Source: Candidatus Campbellbacteria bacterium GW2011_OD1_34_28 (GTDB lineage Bacteria; Patescibacteriota; Minisyncoccia; Phycocordibacterales; UBA12079). From it: DNA of 64,000 nucleotides. The notes beneath the pieces are model-generated. The model saw nothing but the letters and a program-made list of their open reading frames with translations. It was not told the DNA's origin and did no database searches. The stretch's first letter is position 1; each line of letters starts with the position of its first letter. Positions 58,687 through 64,000 of this stretch are shown in pieces. The DNA lies in the NCBI GenBank assembly GCA_001029775.1, contig CP011215.1:274685-338684 (forward strand), read 5' to 3'. The translations under genes and the position numbers were made by a program.

Positions 58687-58764
58687 ATATACAGGACGGA
58701 ATTTGCCGTAAGGCAAATTCCGTCCTTTTGTTTTTTAAATTTTATAATTTATTTACAAATTAGA

Positions 58765-58807
58765 CCTGCCTGCCGTGTCGTTGCTCTTCTTTCAGAAAAG
58801 AGGCAGG
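58765..58807. repeat. Repeat family B copy
   Basis: cctgcctgccgtgtcgttgctcttctttcagaaaagaggcagg. Confidence 0.7.
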
Positions 58808-58832
58808 AATTAGGATTTAGAAATTGGAGTGT

Positions 58833-58874
58833 CTAAGACAAAAAACATCGAGCAGTTGCTCGATGTTTTTTTGT
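58833..58874 (-). terminator. Intrinsic terminator of efp
   Basis: aaaacatcgagca-gt-tgctcgatgttttttgtttt. Confidence 0.55.
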
Positions 58875-58875
58875 T

Positions 58876-59433
58876 TTAGACACGACCGGTGTATTCGCCC
58901 TTTTCTGTATTTATTTCTATAATATCTCCTTCTTTTACGAAAATAGGAACTCCGATTGTTGCCCCTGTTTCTAACACAACAATTTTGTTTGCTCCTGTGG
59001 CTGTGTTTCCTTTAACTGCAGGAGGAGCTTCTTTTACTAAAAGTTGCACCTTGATAGGCAATGTTATTCCAATGGTTTTGTCTCCAAAAAGTTGAGCTTC
59101 AACAAGAGAGTTTTGCTTCATAAACTGTGATCCTGTTATTATTTCTTCTGGCAGACTAAATCGTTTACTTGGATCTTTTTCTTCACAAAACCAAAATTCT
59201 CCACGATTAGTAAAGAGATATTTTATCTTTTTTCTTTCGATGTTAGCTTCGTCAGCTTTTTCTGATTGGTGAAAAGATTTTTCTGTAACTTTTCCAGTAA
59301 TCAAATTCTTTAATTTTGTCTGGTTAACAGGTTTTCTTTGTTGCTTTCTAAATACATGAGAAGAAAGCACCTCATAAGGCTCTCCGTCTACTACAATGTA
59401 TTTTCTTTCTTTAATTTCGTTGTAATCTAACAT
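58876..59433 (-). CDS. efp: Elongation factor P
   Basis: KGNTATGANKIVVLETGATIGVPIFVKEGDIIEINTEKGEY; three-domain length. Confidence 0.8.
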   Translation of the reverse strand: MLDYNEIKERKYIVVDGEPYEVLSSHVFRKQQRKPVNQTKLKNLITGKVTEKSFHQSEKADEANIERKKIKYLFTNRGEFWFCEEKDPSKRFSLPEEIITGSQFMKQNSLVEAQLFGDKTIGITLPIKVQLLVKEAPPAVKGNTATGANKIVVLETGATIGVPIFVKEGDIIEINTEKGEYTGRV

Positions 59434-59606
59434 AAATTTAAATTCTAATCCTTTAATAGGGGATAGCTTACATATTTTCTGTGAATAATTCAAGTGTTAG
59501 GGCTACGAGCTATTATTTATAAGCTCATCGTTTCGTTTATTTTCGTTTTGTTTTTCTCTAGTTTTTTATTAAATCTTTAAATTTTTAAATCTTTAAATAT
59601 AAAAAT

Positions 59607-60611
59607 CTACGATTTTTTCAATTCCTCCTTAATTTTTTTGAATATTTCCGCAGAAACCTTTTTGTTTTCCTTCAAAAATGTTCTTGTGTTGTCATATCCA
59701 ACCGCGAGCTTTTCTTCTTCATAGCTATAAGTAGCTCCTTTTTTTACAATGATTCCAAATTTTTCTCCAAGAGCAATCATTTCTCCTTCTTTTGAAATAC
59801 CTTCGTCATACATCAAATCAAATTCGGCAACTCTGAATGGGGGAGCGACTTTGTTTTTTACTACCTTTACTCTCACTCTTCCGCCAATTACATCTTCACC
59901 TTTTTTAATTTGAGCGATTCTTCTCACATCCAATCTAACAGAAGTATAAAATTTTAATGCCTTTCCTCCGGGTGTTGTCTCTGGATTTCCAAACATAACC
60001 CCAATCTGCATTCTTATTTGGTTGATGAAGATAACCGTTGTTTTGCTTTTTGCAACAATCGCGGTAAGTTTTCGAAGTGCCTGAGACATCAGTCGGGCTT
60101 GTTTTCCCACATGGTGAGCCCCCATATCGCCCTCAATTTCGTCCTTTGGAGTAAGAGCAGCTACCGAGTCCACAACAACTATATCCACCTTTCCAGATCT
60201 AACCAAACTTTCTGTGATTTCAAGAGCCTGTTCACCATTGTCGGGCTGAGATACCAATAATTCTTTTATGTTTACACCGATTTTTTTTGCATATTCTGGG
60301 TCTAGAGCGTGTTCGGCATCAACAAAGGCACAGATACCTCCTTCTTTTTGAGCTTGGGCTACCGAATGAAGGGCAAGGGTGGTTTTCCCAGATGATTCTG
60401 GACCAAATATTTCAATTATTCTTCCTCGGGGGATTCCTCCAACACCTAGGGCGTGGTCAAGACTGATTGAGCCAGTAGAAATAGCACCTACATCTACTCT
60501 CGGTGCATCACCCAATTTTATTATAGCCCCCTCTCCAAATTTTGTTTGAATTTGAGCAATTGTATCTTCAATTCCCAAATTATCTTCTTTTTTTGTTGTT
60601 TTCTTTGCCAT
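59607..60611 (-). CDS. recA: Recombinase RecA
   Basis: [20 protein letters not shown]1/L2 loops. Confidence 0.9.
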   Translation of the reverse strand: MAKKTTKKEDNLGIEDTIAQIQTKFGEGAIIKLGDAPRVDVGAISTGSISLDHALGVGGIPRGRIIEIFGPESSGKTTLALHSVAQAQKEGGICAFVDAEHALDPEYAKKIGVNIKELLVSQPDNGEQALEITESLVRSGKVDIVVVDSVAALTPKDEIEGDMGAHHVGKQARLMSQALRKLTAIVAKSKTTVIFINQIRMQIGVMFGNPETTPGGKALKFYTSVRLDVRRIAQIKKGEDVIGGRVRVKVVKNKVAPPFRVAEFDLMYDEGISKEGEMIALGEKFGIIVKKGATYSYEEEKLAVGYDNTRTFLKENKKVSAEIFKKIKEELKKS

Positions 60612-60617
60612 GTTTTT

Positions 60618-60724
60618 CAAAAGCTTATAGCTATATAGCTTATAGTTTATAGCAAGATTTTTTAAAACCTGGCTATCGGCTATTGGCTATCGGCTGTTGG
60701 CTTAATTTAATTTTTAATTAAACT
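60618..60724. repeat. Leader module E, copy 2 (inverted relative to copy 1), immediately 5' of recA
   Basis: Reverse complement matches 29981-30072 including ...agcttttgaaaaa(t/c)ATGGCAAA. Confidence 0.75.
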
Positions 60725-60771
60725 TTATATTCTCTTTACTTGTAAAAAGTCCAATACTTTTACCTTACACC

Positions 60772-61122
60772 TTACTCCTTGTAAACCACTTCAATCTCTT
60801 TTTTTTCTATTCTTCCAAATTTGTCTTTTAATTCAAATTCAAAAACATTATATCCAAGAGATAAAATTATTTTTTCGTTGAACAAATTATTTTCATCAAT
60901 AAAAATCTGTCGTCCGTTCAGTGTGATGTATGATGCATTTTTAATCGAACCTTTTATGTTTAAAGAGGGGATATTGAGAGTTCCTCCATCTGCAGGATAT
61001 TCTATTTTCACCACAGGTCCTTTTATGATGGCTCTGGTTTGATAAAAACTGTAAAAAGCGATGCTGATGAAAACAACAAATACAATTATGTTTCTTGCTA
61101 CTTTTGAACCAATTTTATTCAT
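60772..61122 (-). CDS. Small membrane-anchored protein (hypothetical)
   Basis: N-terminal TM helix. Confidence 0.35.
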   Translation of the reverse strand: MNKIGSKVARNIIVFVVFISIAFYSFYQTRAIIKGPVVKIEYPADGGTLNIPSLNIKGSIKNASYITLNGRQIFIDENNLFNEKIILSLGYNVFEFELKDKFGRIEKKEIEVVYKE

Positions 61123-61171
61123 CTCATTTTTTACTTGGAAACCCGGTTTCCAAGTGATTTATTTGTTATCT

Positions 61172-63433
61172 CTATAATTCTCTGGAACCTTCTTCGGCGT
61201 CTTCTTCATTTAAATATCCGTTTGTTTGAGTATTTGTTGTGACAGAATTTTCTTCTTTGCCAATCAGTACTTCTCTTGGTTTTGATCCATCTGCAGGACC
61301 GATGACACCTCTTTCCTCCAACATGTCCATCAATCTCGCTGCTCGGGCATAACCAACACGCAATTTTCTTTGAATATAAGAAGTAGAAGCTTTTCCAATC
61401 TTGATTACTTCTTCTCGTGCGGATTCATACAGATCATCACTGTCGTCGCTGTTCAAATCTCCGTCCAAGATTCCCTCGAACAAAACATTTTTGTCAGTCC
61501 CTGCCACGCTGATATCGATTTCGTCAGGAATTTCGTCTTCATAGGCTCTTTTGAGGAATTTAACAACATCTTTTACCTCCGTTTCAGATATAAATGCTGC
61601 TTGAATACGACGAGGTTTTGACATATCGCCAGATAAATAAAGCATATCTCCGGCTCCTAACAATTTTTCTGCACCACTTTGGTCAAGAATTGTTCGTGAA
61701 TCTACTTGTGAAGCTACTTGCAAGGCTACTCTGGTAGGGACATTGGCTTTGATCAAACCTGTAATAACATTTACCGACGGTCTTTGAGTAGAGAGAATAA
61801 GGTGGATACCCACGGCACGACTCATTTGTGCCAATCTAACAATTGCCGACTCTAATTCTCTTGGGTATGTCTGCATTATATCTGCCAATTCGTCTATGAT
61901 GACTACTATATAAGGCATTGTTTCTGGCATTTCTGACTCATCAATCTCTTTTTTACTTTCCAATTTCTTTTTTGCGGGTTCTAAAATATTTTTGTGATAT
62001 GACTGGATATCTCTTACTGACAATCCTTCCAATATTTCATAGCGTCTTTCCATTTCTTTGATTGCCCATTTTAAAGAAAGGATCGCTTTTTTGGGATCGG
62101 TAATAACTGGTGTTAATAGGTGAGGAATGTTTTTGTACAAAGTCAGCTCTACTCTTTTTGGGTCAATCATCAACAATCTCAAATCTTCTGGATTGTTTCT
62201 ATATAATAGAGAAGTTATCAAGGTATGGATTGTTACAGACTTTCCAGAACCTGTTGATCCCGCAATTAGCATATGCGGAGCTTTTGCCAAGTTTGTAAAA
62301 TGTGAATTCCCAGAAATGTCTTTTCCGAGGGCAATCGTTAGAGGATGTTCTGCATCTTGAAATTTTGGAGATTCAAACAATGTCGCAAGACCTACGGTTG
62401 TCTTTGTACTGTTTGGAATTTCAATTCCAACTAGTGCCTTTCCAGGGATAGGAGCTTCTATTCGGAGAGGGTGTGCAGCAAGAGCCAATGATAGATCATT
62501 TTGTAATGCGACAATTCTGGAAAGTTTTACTCCTTCGGCAGGTTTCAATGCATATCGTGTAACTGACGGCCCGATAGAAATCTCATCCATCTCAACGATG
62601 ATTCCAAAATTTTGTAGGGCTCTTTTTATAATGTTTGCGTTTGCTTTGATATCTCCAACTCCGGGCTTGCCTTTGTCTTTTGACAAGATGCTCAAGGGTA
62701 GGGTAATTTGTTTTTTACTAAAGAATTTTTTCTTCTTTGTTTCTTCTATTTTTTCATCAAAATTTTCTTCTTCGCTTTTCTTTCCAAAACCGAGCATTCC
62801 TTTGAGAGATTTTTCAGCTGTATTTTTTGCGAGAGCTGGTTCCTCGGCCTCATCTTCTTCCTCCAAAATTTCTTCTACGGTTTCGTCCTCTTCGTCTTCT
62901 ATATTTTCTTTTTTCTCTTTTTTCCAAAACATCAGAGATTTGAAATCGGGAGTAGTATCAAAAATTATTACGATAGAAACAACCAATAGGGTAGAGAGAA
63001 TCAAGAGGCCTGCAAGGACGTCAAAAAGTTTTATCACAGGAGACGAAATTAAATTTCCGATCAAGCCCCCTTCGTTTTGTATCGCGATATCAATTATTCC
63101 GAGACCTGAGAGAATAAAAATTATAGAACCCAAAATTCTGACTGTCGTAAAATCTGTTTTAACTTCTTTTGCATAAGAAACACCCAAAATAAAAAATAAG
63201 GCAGGAAGAAGAAAATATCCGATACCTAACATGTATGTCATCCAATCAAACAAGGTGCTTCCCACCATTCCTCCTTTTTGGAAAGATGCTAATACAAAAA
63301 ACAGAGCAAGAACAAAGAATGCTATTGATACCAGCCAGTGAATTGTTTCTGTTTTTAAGTTCAAGTTAATCTTTTTTTCTTCAAATATTTTTGAGTCTTT
63401 TTTTGAATTCTTCTGTGTTTTTTTCTTGGCCAT
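61172..63433 (-). CDS. ftsK: DNA translocase FtsK
   Basis: N-terminal 4-5 TM helices, acidic linker, motor domain GSTGSGKS, C-terminal gamma (winged-helix) domain. Confidence 0.85.
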   Translation of the reverse strand: MAKKKTQKNSKKDSKIFEEKKINLNLKTETIHWLVSIAFFVLALFFVLASFQKGGMVGSTLFDWMTYMLGIGYFLLPALFFILGVSYAKEVKTDFTTVRILGSIIFILSGLGIIDIAIQNEGGLIGNLISSPVIKLFDVLAGLLILSTLLVVSIVIIFDTTPDFKSLMFWKKEKKENIEDEEDETVEEILEEEDEAEEPALAKNTAEKSLKGMLGFGKKSEEENFDEKIEETKKKKFFSKKQITLPLSILSKDKGKPGVGDIKANANIIKRALQNFGIIVEMDEISIGPSVTRYALKPAEGVKLSRIVALQNDLSLALAAHPLRIEAPIPGKALVGIEIPNSTKTTVGLATLFESPKFQDAEHPLTIALGKDISGNSHFTNLAKAPHMLIAGSTGSGKSVTIHTLITSLLYRNNPEDLRLLMIDPKRVELTLYKNIPHLLTPVITDPKKAILSLKWAIKEMERRYEILEGLSVRDIQSYHKNILEPAKKKLESKKEIDESEMPETMPYIVVIIDELADIMQTYPRELESAIVRLAQMSRAVGIHLILSTQRPSVNVITGLIKANVPTRVALQVASQVDSRTILDQSGAEKLLGAGDMLYLSGDMSKPRRIQAAFISETEVKDVVKFLKRAYEDEIPDEIDISVAGTDKNVLFEGILDGDLNSDDSDDLYESAREEVIKIGKASTSYIQRKLRVGYARAARLMDMLEERGVIGPADGSKPREVLIGKEENSVTTNTQTNGYLNEEDAEEGSREL

Positions 63434-63676
63434 ATTTTAGTGTATAGAATTTAGGGTTTAGTATTTTTTATAGGTATATAAGGGTAAATTTTTGCTTCAT
63501 AAAAATTTACCCTTATACAGCTGATTATATCATACAGAGCCTTTTATTTTCTCATTGAAACTGTTTATTATTTGGATTAAATAAAATTAGAAGAGTTGTT
63601 TGCTAAATCCTTATTTAAAGCCATAAAATATTCTTGTCTTTTATGTCTTTTACGCTATAATGGACAGTATAGAGAA

Positions 63677-64000
63677 ATGTCTTTTACATCAAAAAGACAT
63701 TTTAAAAAACTTATAAAAGACATTATGAATATCATAAAAGACATAGTTAAAAAGGACACTCAAAATCTTTCGGAAGAACAAGCTTTTTTGATACAAGGAA
63801 AGTTGGAGAAAATAATTATGGCTATCTATATGGTGACAGAATTCTTCCCAAAACAAGAACCTCTAAAATATAGTTTGAGAGAAAAGAGTGTGAGTTTTTT
63901 GTCCTTTATAATGTCCTTGAAAAACGACTCTTCGGAACACAAAAACGAAATACTCTCTCTTTCGTCCGAGATCAATTCTTTATTAAAATTATCTGCCTCT
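63677..64000 (+). CDS. Hypothetical protein, 3'-truncated at window edge
   Basis: ATG at 63677, open to the end of the window (108 codons, no stop); absent from the ORF track. Confidence 0.3.
   Translation, partial: MSFTSKRHFKKLIKDIMNIIKDIVKKDTQNLSEEQAFLIQGKLEKIIMAIYMVTEFFPKQEPLKYSLREKSVSFLSFIMSLKNDSSEHKNEILSLSSEINSLLKLSAS

Overview
Low-GC (~32-35%) chromosomal segment that looks like a Patescibacteria/CPR (Parcubacteria-like) genome. The housekeeping backbone includes rarA, ruvX, pilMNO, rluA-family, rplS, purN-like, secE-nusG-rplK, tmk-thyX, argS, ileS, recO, glyQS, an M16 peptidase, metG, tatD, rpsF-ssb-rpsR, efp, recA and ftsK, plus tRNA-Ser, tRNA-Arg, tRNA-Leu, tRNA-His and tRNA-Val. 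Several accessory or unusual features are embedded in this backbone. (1) A composite type I R-M operon (hsdM, DUF4145, DUF3800-like, hsdS, Panacea/DUF4065 antitoxin-like, RelE/ParE-like toxin, hsdR) flanked by dispersed repeat clusters. (2) A compositionally distinct (higher-GC) islet with a degenerate tRNA-like element, a MlaA/VacJ-family lipoprotein gene, and divergently a promoter-driven 33-aa basic Cys-containing ORF followed by a hairpin/terminator and a radical-SAM/SPASM enzyme, which is a candidate RiPP-like system. (3) An isoleucyl-tRNA synthetase with an inserted histidine-phosphatase (PGAM-like) domain. (4) A ~100-bp leader module, extending through the start codon, shared in inverted orientation by rplK and recA 30.6 kb apart. 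(5) A palindromic tRNA-Arg/tRNA-Val intergenic element with tRNA 3'-end copies, an HNH nuclease and a small Cys-rich ORF. (6) At least four families of short intergenic repeats, one of which looks like a terminated sRNA family. All functional calls rest on motif recognition by eye in the translated ORFs; no database searches were run.
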